A stretch of 64,000 bases of DNA from a virus (IMGVR_UViG_3300025723_000017:90060-154059); one strand, 5' to 3'. Positions 37,068 through 46,181 are shown, numbered from the stretch's first letter. Made by a program: numbers and translations. The notes: generated by a model not told the origin, from the sequence alone.

Positions 37068-37645
37068 AGATAATTTATATACACGGAGCAAACGCCACTA
37101 GTGAAAGTTTTACTAGGATTAGAGAACACATCAAACAAGACGACTTGGTTATTGATTATGATAGTCGTAATGGATTTGACTATAATCTCGATCAAATGGT
37201 TGATACATTACGAGATTTTGACAATTTGTTCTTTGTAGGACACAGCTTGGGCGGAATTTACGCATTATATCTAGCGGCTAAATTTTATTCTCACAAAACC
37301 CTAGGTGGGATAACACTCAGTACTCCCTACGGAGGATGTCAACAGGCTGACTATGCCAAATATTTTGTACCCTGGAATAGATTAATGCGTGATATTGGAA
37401 TAATTAGTCCAGTTATGCAGGGTGTTAAAGATTTGGTATTGCCCTCAATTTGGGCTAATATTGTTACAACATCAGGAACCAGTCCTTGGATATTAGAACC
37501 AAACGATGGTGTCGTTACACATGCCAGTATGCGGGCTCGTGCTGACATGGAATTAATTGAATTGCCATTAAATCATTACGAAGTAGTTATCAGTAATCGC
37601 ACTATTACAACAATACAACATCAAATTGATTTGACAAATCGTTAA
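37064..37645 (+). CDS. Alpha/beta hydrolase (esterase/lipase-like)
   Basis: YIHG oxyanion motif, GHSLGG nucleophile elbow, STPYGG, NDGVV, NH. Confidence 0.9.
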   Translation: MKIIYIHGANATSESFTRIREHIKQDDLVIDYDSRNGFDYNLDQMVDTLRDFDNLFFVGHSLGGIYALYLAAKFYSHKTLGGITLSTPYGGCQQADYAKYFVPWNRLMRDIGIISPVMQGVKDLVLPSIWANIVTTSGTSPWILEPNDGVVTHASMRARADMELIELPLNHYEVVISNRTITTIQHQIDLTNR

Positions 37646-37702
37646 TTTATTGCTATCATAGCAATATATGATAACTCAATATCTTTTACATATTAGCAAC
37701 GC

Positions 37703-37918
37703 ATGATAGCGGCCGAAATCGAAACCGTTCAATTTAATCATATTGACACAATACATATAGAACGATGGTGTAGCGAGATGCTGGGCCCAAAAGCTATATT
37801 TCGTGATCAAGTCTCAGATGAGTATCCGTGGACAGTTAGTTATTCAGGACTTGGCACTTATCTGTGGCACTTTGCTCATGCAGAATCAGCTACTTTATTT
37901 GCTCTTAGATGGCGATGA
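37703..37918 (+). CDS. F-x-L-[RK]-W family protein
   Basis: Ends FALRWR. Confidence 0.8.
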   Translation: MIAAEIETVQFNHIDTIHIERWCSEMLGPKAIFRDQVSDEYPWTVSYSGLGTYLWHFAHAESATLFALRWR

Positions 37919-38154
37919 GCTATAAAACAGATCTAAACAAGATTTTTCGCAAGCATGCTTTGAGTCCGCCACTGCTGCGGGGTGAGAATATTCTGCAAGA
38001 GATAACCCAAGAGATAACCCAAGAGATGAAATTAAAATACCCAGGAAACTATACTGTAGAGTTATGTTTTCAATTCCGTCGTGGCACCTGGGAGCCACTG
38101 TTAAAGTTTGATAATTCACAAGAAGAAACAATGTTTTTACTGAGGTATTCATGA
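37915..38154 (+). CDS. F-x-L-[RK]-W family protein
   Basis: KYPG subtype; ends FLLRYS. Confidence 0.8.
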   Translation: MSYKTDLNKIFRKHALSPPLLRGENILQEITQEITQEMKLKYPGNYTVELCFQFRRGTWEPLLKFDNSQEETMFLLRYS

Positions 38155-38366
38155 AGAAAATAACTATTACTGGTAAATTACCTGGTCAAGTAATGGAAAT
38201 AGTTCGTGAACTTAGAACCATGGGGTGGGCACAGGGGCAAGATTTTGATTTTGCATATAATGGTCAAGTATGGGACCCAATGACAGGTAAAATGATACTT
38301 AGATATACCATTTTTACTTTTTATAATGAGATGTATGCTACATTATTTGCATTAAAATATTCATAA
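38151..38366 (+). CDS. F-x-L-[RK]-W family protein
   Basis: Ends FALKYS. Confidence 0.8.
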   Translation: MKKITITGKLPGQVMEIVRELRTMGWAQGQDFDFAYNGQVWDPMTGKMILRYTIFTFYNEMYATLFALKYS

Positions 38367-38429
38367 GATTCAAGTGTATTTTGATACAATTGCCAGTTGA
38401 CATTTAAACATTATGGTCGTATAATACTA

Positions 38430-38580
38430 ATACTGTAGTAAAGGTGCTGTCAAGTTACTACAATTTTCCCTTTAAATGCAGCAGCACTAACAGTTGTTTA
38501 CTAAGCAGACGAGTAGATCGCTCCCGAAAGTCTGCGACACCCGAAGCCCTTATAGATTCGCTCCCTATAAGGGCTTCATC
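38430..38580 (+). ncRNA. Candidate structured small RNA
   Basis: TTGACA-17-TATAAT at about 38397-38425; stem TGTAGTAA/TTACTACA, GCAGAC/GTCTGC stem and GAAGCCCTTATAG/CTATAAGGGCTTC hairpin; no ORF. Confidence 0.55.
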
Positions 38581-38598
38581 TTATCAAATGGAAATTAA

Positions 38599-39042
38599 AT
38601 GACAATTATTGATGCAATTACAAAATATAACTTTGATCCGGCAGGTTCTATAGTTCATCCAGCTGACAAAGAATTACCTAAATTTGAATTTAATTCTCAT
38701 TGGATCAGTAATAAAACTACTGGACTAGTTTATCTATGGGTCAAGTATACAAATAATGTTTTAGTTGATATTGCTTATGTAGGTAAAGCAGGACGAACCT
38801 TACGTATGCGCTGTGGGCAACATCACGGCGGATGGAGAGAAAGTTTAAAGACACCTGATATAGAATCTAATCGTACACGTATAATTTCCTGGCTTGCAGA
38901 GCCTGAAAACAGTATACAACTATTTGCTCGAGTGAGCCCTGTATTAGATATTAATGACGAAAAAATTTGTAGTTATAGTATTGACGAAGAATCTTTTATT
39001 AAGAAGTTTCGTAATATGAATTGCGCCTTGTGGAATAGTTAA
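38599..39042 (+). CDS. GIY-YIG-like nuclease-fold protein
   Basis: GLVYLW...AYVGKAGRTLRMRCGQH...EESFI...WN. Confidence 0.7.
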   Translation: MTIIDAITKYNFDPAGSIVHPADKELPKFEFNSHWISNKTTGLVYLWVKYTNNVLVDIAYVGKAGRTLRMRCGQHHGGWRESLKTPDIESNRTRIISWLAEPENSIQLFARVSPVLDINDEKICSYSIDEESFIKKFRNMNCALWNS

Positions 39043-39061
39043 AATATTCATAAAGACTCAT

Positions 39062-39349
39062 ATGACCAATAGAATTGATATAACTAAAAATATTCTCTCT
39101 CCCCGACTGACGCCCGACAGTCCGAGAAAAGTCATAATTGAATGGCTAAATCAAAATGTCGGCCCATCAATACCTAATGAGGATACCAGAGCCGAGCATT
39201 TTGATGATTATATTGGTGTGGGTTGGAGATTTGGCCGAACCACGACGATTATGGAGGCAGCTAACAGGATTCCATATTATGCCACGTCATGGTATGTTGA
39301 AATTGAAGATTCTATATTAGCAACTCTTTTTATCTTAAAATGGGGTTAA
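39062..39349 (+). CDS. F-x-L-[RK]-W family protein
   Basis: WLNQNVGP...GVGW subtype; ends FILKWG. Confidence 0.8.
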   Translation: MTNRIDITKNILSPRLTPDSPRKVIIEWLNQNVGPSIPNEDTRAEHFDDYIGVGWRFGRTTTIMEAANRIPYYATSWYVEIEDSILATLFILKWG

Positions 39350-39350
39350 C

Positions 39351-39584
39351 ATGACAGTTAGACTATTAGTACAAGATCCAACTCGTGGGCAATATCGAAG
39401 TTACATACCGCCTTGGTGGCGTAACTTCCTTAATGATATTCCTATGCCTTTGGCAAAGGCATCAGCATCAGACGTGGTGATTTCAAGATTAGCCGAATGG
39501 GGCGGGCGTCCTGTTGACGGTACTGCATTTATTGAATTTTATCTTGATGCTGACGCCACTAGATTTTTGTTGAGGTGGTCATGA
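39351..39584 (+). CDS. F-x-L-[RK]-W family protein
   Basis: PPWWRNFL subtype; ends FLLRWS. Confidence 0.8.
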   Translation: MTVRLLVQDPTRGQYRSYIPPWWRNFLNDIPMPLAKASASDVVISRLAEWGGRPVDGTAFIEFYLDADATRFLLRWS

Positions 39585-39808
39585 AAAGTGCAAAGATAAA
39601 TCCACCGTATAAATGGAAATTCGACGATCAGTCATCTATGCTGGATATTCAACAGTGGTGCCGACAGCATTTTGGAACTGCTTATCTACAGCTTTATGGT
39701 TATCTCGCAGATTTTGAACAAGAGCTAAGATGGACCTATAGTGACAGAATCTTTTATTTCCATCATGAAGAAGATTATGCTTGGTTTTTGTTGAAGTGGG
39801 TAAAATGA
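39581..39808 (+). CDS. F-x-L-[RK]-W family protein
   Basis: Ends FLLKWVK. Confidence 0.8.
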   Translation: MKSAKINPPYKWKFDDQSSMLDIQQWCRQHFGTAYLQLYGYLADFEQELRWTYSDRIFYFHHEEDYAWFLLKWVK

Positions 39809-40074
39809 CATTTGAGGTAGATAAAATGACATTCGAAATGGTAAAATTCTATGTCGGACCAGATCCAACAAAAAGAAAATTGGCAGAGTTTCATATCGAC
39901 CCTGATCGTAATCAAATCATTATCAATCATATTGAGGGAAGTAGTTGGGAAGACAGAGAAGCATGGTTAGAGCATCACGGTGCAATTAAATATGATTATC
40001 AAATAGGTGATTGGCGCACTACTTGGCCAGTTACTGAAGAACTTTGTGCGCTGTTTTTGTTGAGGTGGGCATGA
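39805..40074 (+). CDS. F-x-L-[RK]-W family protein
   Basis: Ends FLLRWA. Confidence 0.75.
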   Translation: MTFEVDKMTFEMVKFYVGPDPTKRKLAEFHIDPDRNQIIINHIEGSSWEDREAWLEHHGAIKYDYQIGDWRTTWPVTEELCALFLLRWA

Positions 40075-40286
40075 CAAAAGTTGATATGATCAGTCATTGG
40101 AATTTTTATAAGGTGATTAGAGATGAACCTGATCTTCAAGGGAAATATCCTTCTCGGGCATTATTTGAACAATTGATTCGCGAAAAATATGGATTGAAAT
40201 CTGCAAAGGTGCAGCCATTTGATATGTTTGGAGTATTTGAATTGTCACATCGTGATTACACATTATTTTTATTAAGGTGGTCATGA
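40071..40286 (+). CDS. F-x-L-[RK]-W family protein
   Basis: Ends FLLRWS. Confidence 0.8.
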   Translation: MTKVDMISHWNFYKVIRDEPDLQGKYPSRALFEQLIREKYGLKSAKVQPFDMFGVFELSHRDYTLFLLRWS

Positions 40287-40531
40287 TAACGAAACAGGCC
40301 GCAGCAAATTGGCGTGGCTATCCTGATGATATTATAAAGGATACACCTGATTATTATCCCTGGCGCAAATGTTACGTTTGGTATCCTGTTCAAACCATAA
40401 GTGGGCGGTACGCTTGGTTCGAACAATTATACAAGCGTAGAGTCTGGGTTTATTTGGGAAGTTACTATAGTTTATGTTATGAACCTGAAACACAGTACGC
40501 GACCCTGCTCGAACTACTAATGGTTGACTGA
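40283..40531 (+). CDS. Hypothetical protein
   Basis: WRKCYVWYPVQTISGRYAWF; coupled. Confidence 0.7.
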   Translation: MITKQAAANWRGYPDDIIKDTPDYYPWRKCYVWYPVQTISGRYAWFEQLYKRRVWVYLGSYYSLCYEPETQYATLLELLMVD

Positions 40532-40844
40532 TAACCAGATTCACGCTATAATATTAAGATTATCATTGCACACCGAATACACCATGAAAATTATTAAGCT
40601 GGACAAAAGATATAGATATTGGCACAAAGGATTTACTTATGCCATCCGTTGGAGTGGATATAATCACACTCGAATAGAACCGTATTCCATTTTTATGGAA
40701 CGCCATTATGGATCCGAGTATTTATATGAAAACTTGTGGTGCCAGGGGCATGGATCTATTCCCAAGTATGGAAGACGTAATTACTATCTATATGTGCGTG
40801 ATGAACGTATGCTGACCATGGCGATGTTGGGTGTGCAAAATTGA
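40524..40844 (+). CDS. Hypothetical protein (similar to 58788)
   Basis: KIIKLDKRY...YAI...RDERMLTM. Confidence 0.7.
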   Translation: MTDNQIHAIILRLSLHTEYTMKIIKLDKRYRYWHKGFTYAIRWSGYNHTRIEPYSIFMERHYGSEYLYENLWCQGHGSIPKYGRRNYYLYVRDERMLTMAMLGVQN

Positions 40845-41068
40845 ACGCACGGCAACGTCGACGTACCCAAAGATATTGGCTATATCATGTGGTACTGACA
40901 GATTATTATACAATGAGGAATGCCAGAGCCTGGTGTTATGATAATATCGGCAAATGGGGCATTGATTGGATACAACGCCCGGACCATGATACTTTTTATT
41001 TTCATAAATCAAAACATTCGGTTCTGTTTAGTTTGAAATGGCTATGCGTAAAATGTTTAAACAACTGA
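40841..41068 (+). CDS. F-x-L-[RK]-W family protein
   Basis: MNARQRR start (TTG); FSLKW. Confidence 0.75.
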   Translation: MNARQRRRTQRYWLYHVVLTDYYTMRNARAWCYDNIGKWGIDWIQRPDHDTFYFHKSKHSVLFSLKWLCVKCLNN

Positions 41069-41147
41069 TATCAGGGCCATACACGATAGATTGGAAATGG
41101 TATAATGATGACTCAGTCGAATATATCATGCGGAGATTGCGCTATCT

Positions 41148-41378
41148 ATGAGTAGAATATCTTTTAGCAGAGATCAACTTGACCGAGCGGGAGATTGTAT
41201 CAAATGGCTAATGAAAAATGTCGGGCCCTTAGAAGATCATCACGGAGGTAGTTATGTACGTGGTGTTGGGTGGGAATATTGGGTTGTTAACAATCCTGAG
41301 ATTTTAACAGTACATGTTGAATTAACTGCGGATGTTGACGAAGAAACACAAATACTTTTTATGTTGAAATGGGCATGA
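41148..41378 (+). CDS. F-x-L-[RK]-W family protein
   Basis: Ends FMLKWA. Confidence 0.8.
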   Translation: MSRISFSRDQLDRAGDCIKWLMKNVGPLEDHHGGSYVRGVGWEYWVVNNPEILTVHVELTADVDEETQILFMLKWA

Positions 41379-41620
41379 CGAAAATAGATAAAAATTGGCA
41401 AAGAGATTTGCGTGCATTTGAAGATGAATGCAGTGCAAAATATCATAATATGCTGTTGCACGGACAAGATATCAAAAGTGATTGTTTAGATAAAATGCAA
41501 AAAAAATATCCAGGTAAATATGATCTTATTTGGGCAAAGACTGACCATATGCTGTGGCATTTAGAAATAATGTTTGAAGATCCAGCTGAACAAACATTAT
41601 TTTTATTGAAGTGGACATGA
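41375..41620 (+). CDS. F-x-L-[RK]-W family protein
   Basis: KYPG subtype; ends FLLKWT. Confidence 0.8.
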   Translation: MTKIDKNWQRDLRAFEDECSAKYHNMLLHGQDIKSDCLDKMQKKYPGKYDLIWAKTDHMLWHLEIMFEDPAEQTLFLLKWT

Positions 41621-41853
41621 TGTCAATTGAAATTCAACGGTATACGGACATTGTAGTACAATATAAAAGTATTGATATGTTAGACTGGTGCAATGAGAAT
41701 ATTGCCGGATATGGACGTTGGGTTAACCCAACATTTTATTTTGATGCAGGATATGCTTGGTATGCTCGTAGATACATGAGTGGCGATTCACGAGTTATTT
41801 TTAGTTTTTTACGGCCAGAAGACGCCACACTATTTTTATTGAGATGGACATGA
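41617..41853 (+). CDS. F-x-L-[RK]-W family protein
   Basis: Ends FLLRWT. Confidence 0.8.
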   Translation: MMSIEIQRYTDIVVQYKSIDMLDWCNENIAGYGRWVNPTFYFDAGYAWYARRYMSGDSRVIFSFLRPEDATLFLLRWT

Positions 41854-42047
41854 AAGTAGAAAGAACAACATTCCCGGGTTGGAGCGATCACCCCTTATAT
41901 CGTGTTAAAACGCAGGCTGATTATCGTACGATTGGACAATGGATGTGTGAGAACGAATGTGACGATTTCTTGGTAAGCAGTGGCAGCTATGGATATGTCT
42001 TTCAAGTTAGAAAAAATCATGATTGGTTTTTATTGAGGTGTACATGA
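41850..42047 (+). CDS. F-x-L-[RK]-W family protein
   Basis: Ends FLLRCT. Confidence 0.75.
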   Translation: MKVERTTFPGWSDHPLYRVKTQADYRTIGQWMCENECDDFLVSSGSYGYVFQVRKNHDWFLLRCT

Positions 42048-42271
42048 CTGTGATCAAATTAAAATATCCACTAGATCAGAGTTTCTTTGCTCATGTAAAA
42101 CTACATGACCGGCAAAGAAAATGGTGCACTGAACAATTTGGCCCAGAAGGTATTTGGAAAGATGAACTCGCAATAGAAGACTCATATGCACAGTTATATT
42201 TAACAGGTGTTACTTGTTGGTATTTCGCTAACGAAGAAGATGCTGTGTTATTTGCCTTGAGATGGGCATGA
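42044..42271 (+). CDS. F-x-L-[RK]-W family protein
   Basis: WCTEQFG; ends FALRWA. Confidence 0.8.
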   Translation: MTVIKLKYPLDQSFFAHVKLHDRQRKWCTEQFGPEGIWKDELAIEDSYAQLYLTGVTCWYFANEEDAVLFALRWA

Positions 42272-42468
42272 TGCACATAGTTAGAGTACCCTTTCGTGTA
42301 CCTCCCCAGAGCACTGTCGGAATGAATCTTTGGTTGACACAACAGCTAAAGTTAGTGTATAGACAAGACTGGAAGTGGTATAGTTCATATCCTGAATATG
42401 GATATTATATCTATCAATTCAAAGATGAACAAATGGCCACAATCTTTGCCTTGCGGTGGGTTAGATGA
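42268..42468 (+). CDS. F-x-L-[RK]-W family protein
   Basis: Ends FALRWVR. Confidence 0.8.
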   Translation: MMHIVRVPFRVPPQSTVGMNLWLTQQLKLVYRQDWKWYSSYPEYGYYIYQFKDEQMATIFALRWVR

Positions 42469-42860
42469 AATTACTGGATGACATACGGGACCGTTGGACG
42501 ACATGGCGCACCGGCAAGAGCCGAACAGAGCGTGAGTGGGAGGATTGGTATGACAAGAATGTCAACTGGCGTGCAAATAATATTACCGATATGTTTAAAA
42601 ACTTTAAACATGTCATTGAAGTAGATGCTACTAAGTTTTTATGGGACGAAGGAACGGTCTGGGCTCCACACCCAGCTGCTCAACAATACTTCTATCCACA
42701 GAGATCCCTGGGTGAAAACTGTGTCTGGCGATTAGAAAGAGTATCATGGAGCGATTGGCAAAAGCGTTGGATAATAAACGGAATAGGCAGTGAAGATCGA
42801 GTATTTGTTGCGACAAATTCAGATGAAGATGCTGTAATGATTGCTCTGAGGTGGAGATGA
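42465..42860 (+). CDS. F-x-L-[RK]-W family protein (long)
   Basis: Ends EDAVMIALRWR. Confidence 0.8.
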   Translation: MKLLDDIRDRWTTWRTGKSRTEREWEDWYDKNVNWRANNITDMFKNFKHVIEVDATKFLWDEGTVWAPHPAAQQYFYPQRSLGENCVWRLERVSWSDWQKRWIINGIGSEDRVFVATNSDEDAVMIALRWR

Positions 42861-43141
42861 AGATATTTCTCAATTCAGACTGCCGAGTAAGCATGCCCAT
42901 GCTGGTGTGGTTAAGTTACAATATTGGGCCCATTGAAAGCACTCGTGCTCCTGGGCCCGATCAATCGTGGACTCATCAACCGAGGCGTCATGTTGGACCC
43001 GAGTGGTGGACCCAACATCAAGGCCGAGGATGGGAAATAATGTACACTCCTCGAAGACAGGAGCAACAGACAAGACGGGGCATTTACATTGATATTGATG
43101 ATGAACAACTGGCCGTGTTGTTTTCCTTGAGGTGGTTATGA
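42857..43141 (+). CDS. F-x-L-[RK]-W family protein
   Basis: Ends FSLRWL. Confidence 0.8.
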   Translation: MKIFLNSDCRVSMPMLVWLSYNIGPIESTRAPGPDQSWTHQPRRHVGPEWWTQHQGRGWEIMYTPRRQEQQTRRGIYIDIDDEQLAVLFSLRWL

Positions 43142-43359
43142 AAAGAATAGAAGGATATCCACCGCTTGATTGGCATGAAGTTGTCATACTTTGGACTGAC
43201 ATTATAAAGAAGCAGTCCTATCATTCTATAATAGAATGGCTTGACAAAACTATCGAAGGATGTTATTATCATATAGATATATTTAATCAACCAGAAGGAA
43301 TAGCGTTTAGATTTGAACAGCGCGGAGATGCTATATTGTTTAAGCTGAAATGGGCATGA
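43138..43359 (+). CDS. F-x-L-[RK]-W family protein
   Basis: Ends FKLKWA. Confidence 0.8.
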   Translation: MKRIEGYPPLDWHEVVILWTDIIKKQSYHSIIEWLDKTIEGCYYHIDIFNQPEGIAFRFEQRGDAILFKLKWA

Positions 43360-43619
43360 ATATAATGACAGAAAACTATATTCCTGATAGACAAGACCAA
43401 GTCGAAATGAAGAATCATTATATTCACGAACTCAAAGAGCCGCATGCAGCAACTACCGCAGAGCTGCTAGCATGGCGAAATAAATGCAGAGCTATGCAAG
43501 AATGGTGTAATGAACAAGGATTTACATGGGGACTGTGTGATATAACCAACAGAATGGCAGTAAAATTTTATTTTTCTCGTTCGGAAGAGTTAACCATGTT
43601 TCTATTAAAATGGGCATAA
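43356..43619 (+). CDS. F-x-L-[RK]-W family protein
   Basis: Ends FLLKWA. Confidence 0.8.
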   Translation: MNIMTENYIPDRQDQVEMKNHYIHELKEPHAATTAELLAWRNKCRAMQEWCNEQGFTWGLCDITNRMAVKFYFSRSEELTMFLLKWA

Positions 43620-43625
43620 GGAGTT

Positions 43626-44066
43626 ATGTTAATGTTGAGTATGATAGCATTTGATTTAGATGGGGTATTAGTTCCTGATTACAGTCACATTGAGGGGCTA
43701 AATCACCAACAGTTTTATGAGTATACTATGTATGCTAAACCACTTATCAATCCCGTTGGTAAGTTTGATATTGTAACAGCAAGATCGGAACAATATCGTA
43801 CAATTACCGAACAATGGATTAAACAGTTGAAGACAGCACCACAGCGTGTGATTATGAAAGCCAACAAAGATGAGTCACCGGCTGATTATAAAATTCGCAT
43901 GTGTCGTACACATGGATATGACGTTTTTGTTGAATCCGATGCCGATATTGTAAAAGAAATGACGGCAGCTAAAATCGAAGGTTTAACTGTTGTTTACTTT
44001 GATGAATATGTTACAGAACATTTAAATTCACATACAGAAAGTCTGTTCAATTTTATCAATAGGTAA
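43626..44066 (+). CDS. HAD-superfamily phosphatase
   Basis: IAFDLDGVL motif I, IVTAR motif II, K motif III, FVESD motif IV. Confidence 0.8.
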   Translation: MLMLSMIAFDLDGVLVPDYSHIEGLNHQQFYEYTMYAKPLINPVGKFDIVTARSEQYRTITEQWIKQLKTAPQRVIMKANKDESPADYKIRMCRTHGYDVFVESDADIVKEMTAAKIEGLTVVYFDEYVTEHLNSHTESLFNFINR

Positions 44067-44069
44067 TGA

Positions 44070-45134
44070 ATGAAAATTAGATTAATTGGAAAAGCTAATG
44101 ATTCAGGCATTGGCACGCATTTTGGCAATTATGCCAATGCACTACTGTCTATTAAGGCAATACAAAATCTAGTAGAACTAGTGGATCACAACGACGTTGA
44201 AGCTGTACGACGTACAGCACAAGCTAGCACAGACGATGATATTAATATTTCATTTATCTGTGCCGAACTAAATGGATACTATCGAGGATATAATATCAAC
44301 TGGGCTGTGTTTGAATCTACGTATATACCCAGTCGTTTATTTGATACTATGTCTAGACACAATTTATGGATTCCGTCTGAATGGGGTCGTAAAATTGCAA
44401 TCGCCCAGGGAATAGCACCAAGTCAAATAACAGTTGCACCCGAAGGGGTTGACAGTACTTTATTTCATCCTTACTTAATGCCTACAATAGATAAGTTTAG
44501 ATTTTTATTAATAGGAAAATATGAACAAAGAAAAACAATTGACGAATCAATTGATGCATTTGTTCAAGTATTTGGCAATAATCCTAATTTTGAATTAGTA
44601 ATCAAGTCAGACTTTTTTGTAAATCCAGAATTAAAGAAAAAAGAGTTAGACAATAAAATAGCCAGTACAGGTGTTGATAATATTCGTCTAGTATGGGGTT
44701 ATCAAACACTTGAACAGCTGGCTAATTTATACAGGTCAGCTAGTGTATTTTTATTTCCAACAAAGGCTGAGGGATGGGGCTTGCCCTTAATTGAAGCAGC
44801 AGCCACAGGGTTGCCATTGATTACTACTCTCCATTCAGGGCAAACAGAATTTTTGCAGGATATACGTTCCAGTTGTGTGCTATTGAACTACAATCTTGAA
44901 CCAATTGCTTGTCCTGAATATCAGAAATTTTATCCCAATGATCAAGGTAATTTTGGTAAATGGGCAGTAACTACAGTAGATGAGATAGCAAGAGGAATCA
45001 AACTGGCATATACAAATTATACAGCATTGAAAACTCAAGCAGTTAAGAATAGTGACGTTATCCGCAATAAGTATTCATGGTCTAATTGTGTATTAACGAC
45101 TCTTGGAATTTTAAAACAAAAAGGATTAATATAA
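44070..45134 (+). CDS. Glycosyltransferase, GT4 (GT-B) family
   Basis: GVDSTLFHP, GKYEQRK, FLFPTKAEGWGLPLIEAAATGLPLI (EX7E). Confidence 0.9.
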   Translation: MKIRLIGKANDSGIGTHFGNYANALLSIKAIQNLVELVDHNDVEAVRRTAQASTDDDINISFICAELNGYYRGYNINWAVFESTYIPSRLFDTMSRHNLWIPSEWGRKIAIAQGIAPSQITVAPEGVDSTLFHPYLMPTIDKFRFLLIGKYEQRKTIDESIDAFVQVFGNNPNFELVIKSDFFVNPELKKKELDNKIASTGVDNIRLVWGYQTLEQLANLYRSASVFLFPTKAEGWGLPLIEAAATGLPLITTLHSGQTEFLQDIRSSCVLLNYNLEPIACPEYQKFYPNDQGNFGKWAVTTVDEIARGIKLAYTNYTALKTQAVKNSDVIRNKYSWSNCVLTTLGILKQKGLI

Positions 45135-45353
45135 ATGGATATTACACAAATTTGGAATCAGTTGTTTACCACTACATTAGGAACTTGGGGTAGCCCTATA
45201 TGGTATGTAGTGGCTGCATGTGTTGTTACTGTGTTTGCAGCTAGATGGGCTAGGGCTATACGAACCTTATTGCCATTTTTAGGTGCATTTAGCTTACTGT
45301 TTATGATAGTTTGGGTTTTGGTAAATTTGCACATCATAACAATTACAATATAA
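45135..45353 (+). CDS. Small membrane protein
   Basis: Two hydrophobic helices. Confidence 0.65.
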   Translation: MDITQIWNQLFTTTLGTWGSPIWYVVAACVVTVFAARWARAIRTLLPFLGAFSLLFMIVWVLVNLHIITITI

Positions 45354-45629
45354 GATGCAAATTAAATCTCCACCATACTATAAAAAATATGCAGATGTCA
45401 GTGTAATTATAACAATGTTGCTGATTGAATTGTTAACAGTGAGTTTTGCAATCAGTTTCGTGTTTAGCTTGTAACTATATCAACCAATTCCCGATAATTT
45501 CATAATGGTATCGATTTCACAATTATCAGGTTCAACAACTGGGTTATCGGGAGTCACTTCAGCAGGATCATATTCTTCATAAGATTGAATTGTATCAGCT
45601 AATTGACGTAATATTTCTGACAATTTCAT

Positions 45630-46181
45630 TTATAATACGCCTGCGGCAGATTGAAGAGCTTTGATTGCATCATCCTGCTCATAAAATGTTTTAGTAGGTA
45701 GTCCTGCTGCCGTACGAACTTCATTTAAATCTTTATCATGTTGCTCACGATAGGCTTTTGGCGAAAGTGGAACTATACGTTGAAATTCTTCCTCTGAATA
45801 AGGAAAATCATGTTTTTCATACGACATGGTCCAATCTTTTGGTTCGAACTCAGTTAATGTAGATAAATCATCCAATAGTCTTTGGACATGTGATGCAGCA
45901 TTACTACGACGACGCAACTCAACAAATACTAGATAACGATTTGTTTTGATTTCACCTGGACTACGATCAGCATCAATAACAAAATCATAGCCTCTCTCAA
46001 ACCAATTCATTAAATCTTTGGCCGCAGCTTGATCTCGAACAAAGAATGACAGTACAATAATATCATCATCTTCGCCCATTTTACTGGTGAATTCATCAAC
46101 ATGAATAACAGGTTTAAGTAAACCCTCCATGTCCTTGTAATCTAATCCTTCGAATACAAAATTAGAATTGAGCTTGATCAT
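45630..46181 (-). CDS. Conserved large-phage hypothetical protein
   Basis: VDEFTSKMGEDDDIIVLSF...RGYDFVIDADRSPGE; coupled to 46162. Confidence 0.8.
   Translation of the reverse strand: MIKLNSNFVFEGLDYKDMEGLLKPVIHVDEFTSKMGEDDDIIVLSFFVRDQAAAKDLMNWFERGYDFVIDADRSPGEIKTNRYLVFVELRRRSNAASHVQRLLDDLSTLTEFEPKDWTMSYEKHDFPYSEEEFQRIVPLSPKAYREQHDKDLNEVRTAAGLPTKTFYEQDDAIKALQSAAGVL

Larger units (their letters stand above)
26506..43619 (+). other. Array of about 52 small (60-130 aa) paralogous ORFs ending in F-x-L-[RK]-[WFY]
   Basis: Manual count from the ORF track; shared pattern WCxxxFG...W...FxFxxExDAxxFxLRW. Confidence 0.9.

Noticed and set aside
31040-43356. MVM/MGM/MDM/MAM N-terminal extensions in the ORF track
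   Set aside because: They arise from the GTG/ATG inside the upstream gene's LRW/LKW codons; true starts overlap the upstream stop
25288-43619. Diversity-generating retroelement
   Set aside because: No reverse transcriptase in the window and no template/variable repeat pair differing only at adenines was seen
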